A stretch of DNA of 64,000 nt from Clostridia bacterium (GTDB lineage: Bacteria > Bacillota > Clostridia > Christensenellales > CAG-138), in the NCBI GenBank assembly GCA_017545535.1, contig JAFWMS010000033.1, positions 41,889-105,888 on the forward strand, in the 5' to 3' direction. Shown piece after piece: positions 16,714 through 26,017 of this stretch. Position numbers and translations under genes: made by a program. Numbering within the stretch: position 1 is the stretch's first letter; each line of letters opens with the position of its first letter. The notes beneath the pieces were generated by a model. That model saw nothing but the letters and a program-made list of their open reading frames with translations. It did not search any database and had not been told where the DNA came from.

Positions 16714-18036
16714 ATGATACCCGAGCATGTCAATTTCATCCTTTCCCGGCTCCGCCAGGCGGGCTTCCTGGCCTATGCCGTGGGCGGTTGCGTCCGAGAC
16801 CTCCTCCGGGGCGAAGCGCCCCACGACTGGGACGTGTGCACCTCCGCCCTGCCCGACGAGACGGAGCGGGTGTTCTTTGATTGCCCTCAAATTTTGACCG
16901 GCAAGAAGCACGGCACCGTGGCAGTGGTCGTGGATAACAAGCTCGTGGAGATCACCACCTTTCGGACGGACGGGGCATATCTCGACAACCGGCACCCGGA
17001 GGCGGTGACCTTCCTGACCAGCCTCGAGGGGGATTTGGCCCGCCGGGACTTCACTGTCAACGCCATGGCTCTTGACGAAAACGAGGGGCCCATCGACCTG
17101 TTCGGCGGTCAGGCGGATCTAACCGACCGTATAATCCGTACCGTGGGCGACCCCGCGGCCCGCTTCCGGGAGGACGGATTGCGGATACTTCGTGGGCTTC
17201 GGTTCGCGTCCCGGCTGGACTTTGCCGTGGAGCCCGCCACCGCCCAGACCATGATCGACGAGCGGGCCCTGCTTCACAACATCAGCGCTGAGCGCATCTT
17301 TTCCGAGCTAAAGGGCATCCTGACCGGTCCCGCCGCGGGCCGGATTCTGCGCGGATTCGCCCCCGTCATCTTCATCGTTTTGCCGGAGCTCGCCCCCATG
17401 GCGGGCTTCGAGCAACACAGCCCCTACCACGACAGCGACGTGTGGGAGCACACCCTCCGGGCTCTGGAGGCCAGCCCCCGGGACCCGATCTATCGGCTGG
17501 CTCTGCTCTTTCACGACTGCGGCAAGCCCGATTGCTTTACCATAGACGAGAACGGCCGGGGCCATTTTTACGGACACCCGAAACGAAGCCGGGAGCTGGC
17601 GGAAGGGGCCCTGCGCCGCCTCAAATGCGACAACGACACGCTGGACAGGGTTCTGTATCTGGTGGAGAAGCACGACACCTGGCTCCCAGGCACGGATCAG
17701 AGCATGCGCCGCTTCCTGCTCCATGAGGACCCGGCCCGGGTCCGAGACCTGTTGGTAGTGCAGCGCTGCGACGCCCTCGCCCACGCCCCCGCCGCCCAGG
17801 GCCCGGCTCTCGCGAACATAGACCGATGGGAAACCCTTTTGACGAGTGTATTAGCCAAGCGTCCCTGCCTTTCCCTGAAGGATCTGGCCGTCTCCGGCGA
17901 CGATCTTCTTTCCCTGGGCATGGTCCCCGGCCCCAAGATGGGGAAGCTGTTGAACGACATGCTGATCGAGGTGGTGGACGGCGCTCTGCCCAACGAAAGG
18001 GCGGCGCTGCTATCCTATGCCGAAAAACATATTTGA
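16714..18036 (+). CDS. cca: CCA-adding tRNA nucleotidyltransferase with HD domain
   Basis: AYAVGGCVRDLLRG..DWDV motif, RDFTVNA, and HD region (HDCGKP). ATG at 16714; the track ORF start at 16450 is an upstream extension. Confidence 0.85.
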   Translation: MIPEHVNFILSRLRQAGFLAYAVGGCVRDLLRGEAPHDWDVCTSALPDETERVFFDCPQILTGKKHGTVAVVVDNKLVEITTFRTDGAYLDNRHPEAVTFLTSLEGDLARRDFTVNAMALDENEGPIDLFGGQADLTDRIIRTVGDPAARFREDGLRILRGLRFASRLDFAVEPATAQTMIDERALLHNISAERIFSELKGILTGPAAGRILRGFAPVIFIVLPELAPMAGFEQHSPYHDSDVWEHTLRALEASPRDPIYRLALLFHDCGKPDCFTIDENGRGHFYGHPKRSRELAEGALRRLKCDNDTLDRVLYLVEKHDTWLPGTDQSMRRFLLHEDPARVRDLLVVQRCDALAHAPAAQGPALANIDRWETLLTSVLAKRPCLSLKDLAVSGDDLLSLGMVPGPKMGKLLNDMLIEVVDGALPNERAALLSYAEKHI

Positions 18037-18042
18037 TTTCAC

Positions 18043-18070
18043 GCAACATTTTTGCGCCTCCGCTCGTCTA
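18043..18070 (+). promoter_or_regulatory. ECF-type promoter candidate (GCAAC-17-CGTCTA)
   Basis: GCAAC at 18043-18047, 17 nt spacer, CGTCTA at 18065-18070, 37 nt upstream of the second ECF sigma gene. Confidence 0.45.
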
Positions 18071-18106
18071 ATCAGTAGATGATCATCCAAGCAGAAAGGA
18101 GCGCGT

Positions 18107-18595
18107 ATGAGCAGCCACGAAAACGACACCTGGTTTGCCCGGCAGATCGAGAAGATGGGGCCGACCCTGTTTCGCGTCGCCTTTGCCATTTTGCGCAACC
18201 GGGCTGATTGTGAGGACGCCGCTCAGAACGCGGTGCTGAAGGCATACCGCAATCTCAGCTCGTTGAAGGAGCGCAGCTATTTCAAAACCTGGCTTATCCG
18301 TATCCTAAAGAACGAGTGCTTCGACATGCTGCGCAGCCGTCGTCCCCTGATGGACGTGGACACGCAGGGGGAGCTGAGCTACGAGATGGCCGTGCCGGAT
18401 CTGGACCTAAATAGGGCCTTCGATCGGCTCAGCCCCGAGGAGCGCCTCACCATCGCTCTCTACTATTACGAAGGCTACGACACTCGCGAGATCGCCGCCC
18501 TCACTGAGGTCAGCGAGGGGACGGTCCGCAGCCGCCTCTCCCGGGGGCGGTCCAGCCTTCGCGCCATGCTGCAGGAAAAGGAGGCAGCCCAATGA
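18107..18595 (+). CDS. ECF-type RNA polymerase sigma-70 family factor
   Basis: 162 aa. Region 2 (DCEDAAQNAVLKAY, TWLIRILKNECFDMLR) and region 4 (GYDTREIAALTEVSEGTVRSRLSRGR). Confidence 0.85.
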   Translation: MSSHENDTWFARQIEKMGPTLFRVAFAILRNRADCEDAAQNAVLKAYRNLSSLKERSYFKTWLIRILKNECFDMLRSRRPLMDVDTQGELSYEMAVPDLDLNRAFDRLSPEERLTIALYYYEGYDTREIAALTEVSEGTVRSRLSRGRSSLRAMLQEKEAAQ

Positions 18596-20622
18596 AGAAA
18601 AACGATTTTGACAACAGACTGCAGAACGATCTGTTTCCCGAAATGCCCGCTTCTTTTGAGAGCGGACTGAAAAAAGCGATGGAGCACGAGGGCGTCCGCA
18701 CGAAGAAGCGGCCCACGGCCACGGGTATCTTCGCCGGTGCCGTCAGCCTTCTGGCGGCAGCCGCTTGCCTGCTGATTGTGATGATCGGTGTTATGGGCGG
18801 GGGCAGGAGCGATAAATCCCAGGCCGCGGCCCCGGGGGAAGCCTCGGATACGCCCCCGATGGCTCAGTCCACTCCCGGGATCACGGAAGCGCCCTACACC
18901 TGGGATTGGAACCCCAAAATCATCACCCTGTCCACCGGATTTGAATTCGAAAATGTGGAAAAATTCCAGGCTTTGTACACGGGCATCCTCTCCTTCCTGA
19001 AGGAGCGGGGGGAATCTGAGCCCGACGAGCTGTGGCTCTGCGCCATCAAGAGCCGCTATGTGAAGGAGGACACCGGCATCCGGGCGGACGAATATTTGAG
19101 CGGATATTATGTCCTGGCCCAACACAGCTTCGGCGGGACGGACGGCCCGGAGCTCTACTGCCTGACGGAGGATTTTGATGTCCTCTGGGCCACGGAGGGC
19201 AGCAGCCGTGGCCCCAACCATGCCGTTCGTCCGGCAGAGGACGGCGCCGCCAGATACGGCCATTTTCTCTATGGCATGGCCTTCACCGATGCCCATGTGA
19301 CCCGGGGCGCGCTGGTGGGCACGAACCTCAAGGAGAAGACGGACATCGAGTTCTCCATGCTGGCCTGGTTCCCCAATCTGAGTGAACGGCTGACGGAGAG
19401 TCAACACGCGGACATGGCACGAGAGTATTTCCTGGTAACCGTCTCCGACCACGACTGGGACGGGGTTATGGAGAATCCCATCCTGCGCTTTGAGACGGAG
19501 GAGGGAAACATGGATGTGAACATGAAAACGGAGCTGCCTTTGGTGGCGACTGTTCTCGGTTCCCAGACCTCCCTGGACATTGAGAATGCAGAAACCCGTG
19601 GCGTGGAGTACTGGCTGAGCCAGAATCAGCCCATGGTCCTGGATCTTACCGACGATAAGTATGGCCCTGAGATTGTTCAGCAATATGGGGAGGCCGTCCG
19701 CCGCGCCCTGAGCACCAGCGGGGAGAGCGTTCGCTCGGGGGGCATATGGATCTGCGGCGTCGACTACGATGGGGAGAGCGAGGATGGCGCAACGCCGGAC
19801 AATGCCTATGTGCTGGCCCTGAATGTGGGGGATGGAGAGCCCGGTCCGGAGCTGTTCTTCTATCGGAACGGGCAGATCCTTTGGCGGACAATTGGCGCGG
19901 ATTCAGAGCAGATCAACGTGGTCCATCACAACGGGAACACCATCGTCTTCGGCATATCCCCGGCTTATGACGGGGAGCCCCTGGCCATGACATATGGCAA
20001 AGTGGTGTTGAAGGATGGGGGCTCGGATGCTCTGTTCCCGGTGCTGGCGCTGGACGAGATTCGGGAGCGCATCACCGGCGGCCCCTACTATGATTTGGCG
20101 CGGGAATGTTATCTTTGGATGGACGCAAGTGAGCACGAGGTGAAGTCGGCGACGATTGCGGCGCAGGTGAACGGAACGACTCGCGAATACACCCTCAGCC
20201 GGGTCAACGTCCTTTCGCCCCAGCCTGTGCCCGCCATGGCGGTGGAGAGCGGCGGGGTCATCTATCCCGGCACGGTGACGACTCTGATCCAAAGCCTGAA
20301 CGAGGACGGCGTGTCGGCGGAAGGGAAGCCCCTGCTGGCGGCGCTGACCAACATGCCCTTTCCCGAGGTGAGGACCGTGTGGGAACGGCCATTGAATCTG
20401 CTCACTGTTTCCGATGCCGTCAGCGTAGGGAGCGTGGAGGTGTTCACCGACGACTTAAAGAGCATGCTGTATAATGATGCCGACATCGGCGTCATCGATG
20501 AGCTGCCTCCGGGGGACTACATCCTGTGCTTCCATACCAACGTACTTGGCCCCTATTCGGTGGAAGCCGGGCGCTACACCTTCACCAATGAATACACCAT
20601 CTATAAGGTGACGCTGGAATGA
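18592..20622 (+). CDS. single-pass membrane protein, putative anti-sigma factor with large extracytoplasmic domain
   Basis: ATGA overlap with the sigma gene. About 45-aa cytoplasmic head, TM helix IFAGAVSLLAAAACLLIVMIGVMGG, then about 600 aa outside. No recognisable domain. Confidence 0.55.
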   Translation: MKKNDFDNRLQNDLFPEMPASFESGLKKAMEHEGVRTKKRPTATGIFAGAVSLLAAAACLLIVMIGVMGGGRSDKSQAAAPGEASDTPPMAQSTPGITEAPYTWDWNPKIITLSTGFEFENVEKFQALYTGILSFLKERGESEPDELWLCAIKSRYVKEDTGIRADEYLSGYYVLAQHSFGGTDGPELYCLTEDFDVLWATEGSSRGPNHAVRPAEDGAARYGHFLYGMAFTDAHVTRGALVGTNLKEKTDIEFSMLAWFPNLSERLTESQHADMAREYFLVTVSDHDWDGVMENPILRFETEEGNMDVNMKTELPLVATVLGSQTSLDIENAETRGVEYWLSQNQPMVLDLTDDKYGPEIVQQYGEAVRRALSTSGESVRSGGIWICGVDYDGESEDGATPDNAYVLALNVGDGEPGPELFFYRNGQILWRTIGADSEQINVVHHNGNTIVFGISPAYDGEPLAMTYGKVVLKDGGSDALFPVLALDEIRERITGGPYYDLARECYLWMDASEHEVKSATIAAQVNGTTREYTLSRVNVLSPQPVPAMAVESGGVIYPGTVTTLIQSLNEDGVSAEGKPLLAALTNMPFPEVRTVWERPLNLLTVSDAVSVGSVEVFTDDLKSMLYNDADIGVIDELPPGDYILCFHTNVLGPYSVEAGRYTFTNEYTIYKVTLE

Positions 20623-20631
20623 GCGATGAAA

Positions 20632-20658
20632 GGGCTCTGCCAAATCCCGGCAGGGCCC
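20632..20658 (+). terminator. hairpin, possible terminator
   Basis: 10-bp stem GGGCTCTGCC/GGCAGGGCCC (one G-U pair). Weak T tail. Confidence 0.4.
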
Positions 20659-20750
20659 TCACTATTTACGACTTGTTCATATCTTATCCGCTTTTTTGTT
20701 GCACATATCCTGTACAATAGCCCCATGATTATGCCGAAAGGTGGATTCCT

Positions 20751-21848
20751 TTGTTGAAGATACGAACCTTGCTCCTGTGTTTGCTATGCGCCCTGCTGCT
20801 CGCTGCCTGCAGCAAGGGCAGCGCCGTTTCCCAGCCCGTTTCTGAGGCGGAGGTGCCGCTTGAGATCGCTCCGGTGGACACGGCCCCGCCTACCCAGGAG
20901 GAGAAGCAGATCAGCCTCTCCTTTGCCACGGACGCCCAGGTGACGGCCCCGCCCGTTACTCCGCCGCCCACCGCGGAGCCCACCGCCACCCCGACCCCGG
21001 AGCCAACGCCGGAGCCCACGGCCACCCCCGTGCCCAAGCTGGGAGTGCTGGATGGAAAGTTCAGCGATAAGTTCGTTACCGGGGCCCCGGTGCTCACGGA
21101 TACCAGCTATCAGTCCGAACGGGTGGCCATCTTCATCACCCGGGTGGTGGACGATTCCAAGACCATCGCCGATCATACCTTCAACTATTTCATGGCGGAC
21201 GTGTATCTTCAAAACATGGAGGACCTTCGGAGCGCTCCCGCCAAATCCTGGGAGAAGAAGTGGGATTCCGGCCAGGACTGGCTCAAGAACATCGCCAAAA
21301 GCAACAACGCCATCTTTGCCGTGTCCGGGGATTTCACCCTCACCCGCAAACAGGGCTTAGTCACCCGAAACGGGGAGGTGCTCCGGGCCGAGCATGATCC
21401 AAAGTACGATGTGGGCGTGATTTATTTGGACGGGCACATGGAGACCTTCACCGCGCAGGATACGCCCGTGGCGGAGCTCACCAGCGATCCCAACGTGTGG
21501 CAGATATTGGGCTTCGGGCCGGAGCTGTTGGATAAAGACGGCCAGCCCAAGACCAGCTTCAACGATCCAAAAAGCGTGAGCCCGGCCAATATCCGCAACG
21601 CCGTGGGCTACTTTGAGCCGGGGCACTACTGCTTCGTATTCGTGCCGGCCTATAAGGTCCGCAAGGACAGGACCTGCCTCGACATGGAGAGCCTAGCAAA
21701 GCTCATGGCCTCCCTGGGCTGCGTACGGGCCTACAACCTGGACGGCGGCGGCACGGCGGACATGTATTTCAACGGCAAGCTGGTCAGCGACAAGGGCATG
21801 GGCCAGACCCGTCGGAACCACGACATCTACTATATCCCGAAGGTATGA
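20751..21848 (+). CDS. phosphodiester glycosidase family (DUF2233/NAGPA-like) lipoprotein
   Basis: TTG start after AGGTGG. Lipobox LLAACS, Pro/Thr-rich linker, C-terminal YNLDGGGTADMYFNG motif typical of the family. Confidence 0.7.
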   Translation: MLKIRTLLLCLLCALLLAACSKGSAVSQPVSEAEVPLEIAPVDTAPPTQEEKQISLSFATDAQVTAPPVTPPPTAEPTATPTPEPTPEPTATPVPKLGVLDGKFSDKFVTGAPVLTDTSYQSERVAIFITRVVDDSKTIADHTFNYFMADVYLQNMEDLRSAPAKSWEKKWDSGQDWLKNIAKSNNAIFAVSGDFTLTRKQGLVTRNGEVLRAEHDPKYDVGVIYLDGHMETFTAQDTPVAELTSDPNVWQILGFGPELLDKDGQPKTSFNDPKSVSPANIRNAVGYFEPGHYCFVFVPAYKVRKDRTCLDMESLAKLMASLGCVRAYNLDGGGTADMYFNGKLVSDKGMGQTRRNHDIYYIPKV

Positions 21849-21864
21849 CCCCTCATTTTCCCCC

Positions 21865-21895
21865 AGCCGGAGCGCTTCGCTCCGGCTATTTTTTG
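21865..21895 (+). terminator. rho-independent terminator
   Basis: AGCCGGAGC-gcttc-GCTCCGGCT followed by ATTTTTT. Confidence 0.8.
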
Positions 21896-21993
21896 CGGGA
21901 ATTGCGGCATTTTGGCAAAAATCCGAAAATCAAAAAGGAAAATGGGCAAAACCGGCGTATAAGAATCAACAGTGAACTTTTCGGGAGGCAAGC

Positions 21994-23001
21994 ATGGCAG
22001 AGGATACGATTCGGGCCCGCTGGGAAGCCTGGGAGGAGCAGACCCTCTCTCCCTACGCCACCCTGTCGAAAAACTCCAAGGGCCGCGCCAGGGAGATCAC
22101 GCCCTGCGAGATCCGGACCTGCTTCATGCGGGATCGGGACCGGATTTTGCACTGCAAGGCCTTCCGCCGCCTCAAGCACAAGACCCAGGTTTTTTTGGCT
22201 CCTCTCGGCGACCATTACCGGACCCGCCTCACCCACACCCTGGAGGTGTCCCAGATCGCCCGGACCATCGCCCGGGCCATGCGGCTCAACGAAGACCTTA
22301 CCGAAGCCATCGCCCTTGGCCACGATCTTGGCCATACCCCCTTCGGTCACACCGGCGAAGGCGTTCTCGATCGCCTGGTCCCCGGCGGATTCAGCCACAA
22401 TGCGGAGGGCCTGCGGGTGGTGGACAAGCTGGAGAACGACGGCCAGGGCCTGAACCTCACCTTTGAGGTCCGGGACGGCATCGTGAACCACCCCAAGAAG
22501 TGCCATCCCGCCACCATGGAGGGGAAGGTGGTGTCCCTGTCGGATCGGATCGCTTACGTGAACCACGACATCGACGACGCCGTCCGGGCCGGGGTCCTGA
22601 AGGCGGAGGACGTGCCGGAAAGCTGCCGCAAGCGGTTCGGCAACACCCACAGCGAGCGGATCAACAGCATGATCCTGGACGTGCTCCGGGCCAGCCTGGA
22701 TACGCCCACCGTCACCTTCACGGAGGAGGCGGCCAAGGAGTTCGACCTGCTGCGGAACTTCATGTACGAGAACGTGTACTTCAATCCCATCGCCAAGCGG
22801 GAGGACGAAAAGGCACGGGGCGTGGTGGAAGCCCTCTACGCATACTATCTCGAGCATCTCGAGCTGCTGCCTAAGGAGTTTTTGCTCCATCTTGAGGAGG
22901 ACGGGGCCCAGCGCATCACGGCGGATTATATCGCCTGCATGACGGACACCTATGCCATCCACGAGTATCAGCGTTTGTTCGTGCCGGCGGCCTGGAACTA
23001 A
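21994..23001 (+). CDS. dgt: dGTP triphosphohydrolase-like HD-domain protein
   Basis: RDRDRILHCKAFRRLKHKTQVF, THTLEVSQIAR and GHDLGHTPFGH motifs. 335 aa. Confidence 0.85.
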   Translation: MAEDTIRARWEAWEEQTLSPYATLSKNSKGRAREITPCEIRTCFMRDRDRILHCKAFRRLKHKTQVFLAPLGDHYRTRLTHTLEVSQIARTIARAMRLNEDLTEAIALGHDLGHTPFGHTGEGVLDRLVPGGFSHNAEGLRVVDKLENDGQGLNLTFEVRDGIVNHPKKCHPATMEGKVVSLSDRIAYVNHDIDDAVRAGVLKAEDVPESCRKRFGNTHSERINSMILDVLRASLDTPTVTFTEEAAKEFDLLRNFMYENVYFNPIAKREDEKARGVVEALYAYYLEHLELLPKEFLLHLEEDGAQRITADYIACMTDTYAIHEYQRLFVPAAWN

Positions 23002-23030
23002 GGCCCGCCCATAGATTTCGGAGGCAAGGA

Positions 23031-24773
23031 TTGGCGTTTCCCCAGGAATGGATGGACGAGCTTCTGTCCAAGAACGAGATAACGGAGGTGGTCTCCTCCT
23101 ATGTGGCGCTCAAGCCCAAGGGCCGCAAGCTCTGGGCCTGCTGTCCGCTCCACGGGGAGAAGACGCCTTCCTTTTCCGTGTCCCCGGATAAACAGCTGTT
23201 CTATTGCTTCGGCTGCCACGCCGGCGGCACCGTGATCCAGTTCATCATGGACATGGAGCATCTGACCTTCCTGGAGGCGGTGAAGCTCCTCGCTGAGCGG
23301 GCCCACATGGAGCTGCCCGAGGAGAAGAATGATCGGGAGCTCTTGCGGCTCAGGGCCTATCGGGAGCGGCTTTACGCGGCCAACAAGGCGGCGGCCCGGT
23401 TCTACTGCGAGCAGTTTTTGGGGCCGAACGGCCAGCCGGGCCGAGACTACGCCCAGCGGCGGGGCCTGGTCAAGGATATCATCCTCCGCTTCGGCATCGG
23501 TTACGCGCCGGAGGGCTGGGACAATTTGATGAAGCATCTCACGGCCCAGGGCTTTTCCGAAAAGGAGTTGCTGGACGCGGGGCTGCTGGTGAAGAACCCC
23601 AACTCCGGCCGGGTGTACGACGCCTACCGGAACCGGCTCATCTATCCCATCCTGGGAGTGGGGGGCCAGGTGCTGGGCTTCGGCGGCCGGGTGCTGGACG
23701 ACAGCAAGCCCAAATACATCAACACCGGCGACACGCCCATCTATAACAAGCGGAACAACCTATACGGCCTGTATCTGCAGAAGGGCATGAAGCTTGCCGA
23801 CCTCATCATGGTGGAGGGGTACATGGACGTGATCGGCCTCTACAAGGCCGGGGTCACCAATGCCGTGGCCAGCCTCGGCACCGCCCTCACGGAGCAGCAG
23901 GCTCGGCTCCTCAAGCGATATGTGGACACGGTCTATATCGCCTACGACGGGGACGCCGCCGGCCAGAATGCCACCATCCGGGGGTTGGAGATACTCTCCC
24001 ACGAGGGGCTGTCCGTTCGGGTCATCGTGTTCCCGGACGATCTCGACCCGGACGAGTACGTCCAGATCTACGGCAAGGCGGGCTTCGACGCCCTGAAGGC
24101 CAACGCCTATTCTCTCCACGCCTTCAAGATCGAGGCCATGGCCCGGCAGTACGATCTTGGCAACGAGAACGGCCGGGAGCAATTCGCCGTGAAGGCCTGC
24201 GCCTTCGTGGGCACGCTCCAACCCGTGGAGCAGGAGCGATACTATAAGCTCATCGCCCAGAAGACGGGCTACGAGATAGAATCCCTGCGGGAGCAGGGGA
24301 AGCGGGGCGAGGGGTACACCGAAAAGCCCCTGCGCTTCTCCCGAGGCACCTATCGCCGCCGCAGCGCCCAGGACGAGGACCAGAAGGAGCTGCTCCTTCG
24401 GACCATGCTCACCTGCGCGGTGAAGGATAAAAAGGCCTTGGCCGCCCTGAAGACGGCGGGGGCGGGGGAGATGCTCACCGAGCCATACAAGGCCCTGTTC
24501 GCCGCCCTCAACGAGCCCGGCTTCTCCTTCGCGGCCTATGTGGGGGCCCAGGAGCGCCAGGAAGCGGAAAAGCTCACTGCCCTCATACGAGATGAGCAGA
24601 ACATGGTGGAGCCGGAAAAAACGGCGCTGGATTGCTTAAAACGGCTGCAGCAGCTGGACCAGGAGGACAAGCTCTCCGACCTGCAGCGGGAACTGAAACG
24701 GACCGACCTCTCTGAGGGGGAGCGCGCCGCGCTTCTCCAACAGATCACAAATCTGATACGGGCAAAAAAGTAA
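23031..24773 (+). CDS. dnaG: DNA primase
   Basis: TTG start. Zinc finger [23 protein letters not shown] and TOPRIM ([15 protein letters not shown]). Confidence 0.92.
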   Translation: MAFPQEWMDELLSKNEITEVVSSYVALKPKGRKLWACCPLHGEKTPSFSVSPDKQLFYCFGCHAGGTVIQFIMDMEHLTFLEAVKLLAERAHMELPEEKNDRELLRLRAYRERLYAANKAAARFYCEQFLGPNGQPGRDYAQRRGLVKDIILRFGIGYAPEGWDNLMKHLTAQGFSEKELLDAGLLVKNPNSGRVYDAYRNRLIYPILGVGGQVLGFGGRVLDDSKPKYINTGDTPIYNKRNNLYGLYLQKGMKLADLIMVEGYMDVIGLYKAGVTNAVASLGTALTEQQARLLKRYVDTVYIAYDGDAAGQNATIRGLEILSHEGLSVRVIVFPDDLDPDEYVQIYGKAGFDALKANAYSLHAFKIEAMARQYDLGNENGREQFAVKACAFVGTLQPVEQERYYKLIAQKTGYEIESLREQGKRGEGYTEKPLRFSRGTYRRRSAQDEDQKELLLRTMLTCAVKDKKALAALKTAGAGEMLTEPYKALFAALNEPGFSFAAYVGAQERQEAEKLTALIRDEQNMVEPEKTALDCLKRLQQLDQEDKLSDLQRELKRTDLSEGERAALLQQITNLIRAKK

Positions 24774-24783
24774 GGAGACGAAC

Positions 24784-25884
24784 ATGAGCGAAACCAACAA
24801 GAAGACCACCCCCACCAAGGATCCCAAGGCGCGCATCAACGAATTGTTGGAAACGGGCAAGCAAAAGGGCGTCCTCAGCTACAAGGAGATCATGGACGCG
24901 CTCCAGGAGCTGGAGCTGGACCAGGAGGCCGTGGAGAAGCTCTACGAGACCATCGAGGAGCAGAACATCGACGTGGTGGAGGAGGTGGAGGTCCCCGAGG
25001 ATATCAACGAGGAGATCGCCGAGGTGGAGACCATCCTCTCCGTCACCGAGGGCATCAACATCGACGACCCGGTGCGCATGTACCTGAAGGAGATCGGCAA
25101 GGTCCCCCTGCTCACGCCCCAGGAGGAGGTGGAGATCGCCACCCGCATGGCCAATGGCGACGAGGAGGCCAAGCACCAGCTGGCGGAGGCGAACCTGCGT
25201 CTCGTGGTCTCCATCGCCAAGCGGTACGTGGGCCGCGGCATGCTCTTCCTGGACCTCATTCAGGAGGGGAATCTGGGCCTCATCAAGGCCGTGGAGAAGT
25301 TCGACTACCGCAAGGGCTATAAGTTCTCCACCTACGCCACCTGGTGGATCCGCCAGGCCATCACCCGCGCCATCGCGGACCAGGCCCGGACCATCCGCAT
25401 CCCCGTCCACATGGTGGAGACCATCAACAAGCTCATCCGGGTCAACCGGCAGCTGGTCCAGGAGTACGGCCGGGATCCCCGCCCCGACGAGATCGCCAAG
25501 GAGATGGGCATCTCCGAGGAGAAGGTCCGGGAGATCCTGAAGATCGCCCAGGAGCCCGTGTCCCTGGAGACCCCCATCGGCGAGGAGGACGATTCCCATC
25601 TGGGCGACTTCATCCCCGACGACGACGCCCCCGCCCCCGCGGAGGCCGTGGCCAGCACCCTCTTGAAGGAGCAGCTCATGGAGGTCCTCTCCAGCCTGAC
25701 GCCCCGGGAGGCCCGGGTCTTGCGGCTCCGCTACGGCCTGGACGACGGAAAGGCCCGCACCCTCGAGGAGGTGGGCCGCGAGTTCAACGTGACCCGGGAG
25801 CGCATCCGTCAGATCGAGGCCAAGGCCCTTAGAAAGCTCCGTCATCCCTCCCGCAGCAAGAAGCTGAAGGACTTTTTGGAATAA
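24784..25884 (+). CDS. rpoD: primary sigma factor (sigma-70/SigA)
   Basis: Regions 1.2-4 present, including [54 protein letters not shown]. Follows dnaG. Confidence 0.95.
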   Translation: MSETNKKTTPTKDPKARINELLETGKQKGVLSYKEIMDALQELELDQEAVEKLYETIEEQNIDVVEEVEVPEDINEEIAEVETILSVTEGINIDDPVRMYLKEIGKVPLLTPQEEVEIATRMANGDEEAKHQLAEANLRLVVSIAKRYVGRGMLFLDLIQEGNLGLIKAVEKFDYRKGYKFSTYATWWIRQAITRAIADQARTIRIPVHMVETINKLIRVNRQLVQEYGRDPRPDEIAKEMGISEEKVREILKIAQEPVSLETPIGEEDDSHLGDFIPDDDAPAPAEAVASTLLKEQLMEVLSSLTPREARVLRLRYGLDDGKARTLEEVGREFNVTRERIRQIEAKALRKLRHPSRSKKLKDFLE

Positions 25885-25932
25885 CCCAAAACGAATCGGA
25901 CCCCCGGATTTCCGGGGGTCCGTGGATACGTG

Positions 25933-25963
25933 AAAAAGCAGCCCCGCGCGGGGGCTGCTTTTT
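25933..25963. terminator. bidirectional terminator (preceded by a second GC hairpin at 25898-25921)
   Basis: AAAAAGCAGCCCC-gcgcg-GGGGCTGCTTTTT with A-run and T-run flanks, between convergent rpoD and the SLH gene. Confidence 0.8.
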
Positions 25964-26017
25964 GTATGTCTGCTCTGTTGTCGGGCTGCCATTTTCACTT
26001 AAAAGTGTATTCTTTTG

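Noticed and set aside
25898-25921. GGACCCCCGGA-tt-TCCGGGGGTCC hairpin as the rpoD terminator.
   Set aside because: There is no U-run. The canonical bidirectional terminator 12 nt further on (25933-25963) is the better candidate, so this may only be an accessory stem.
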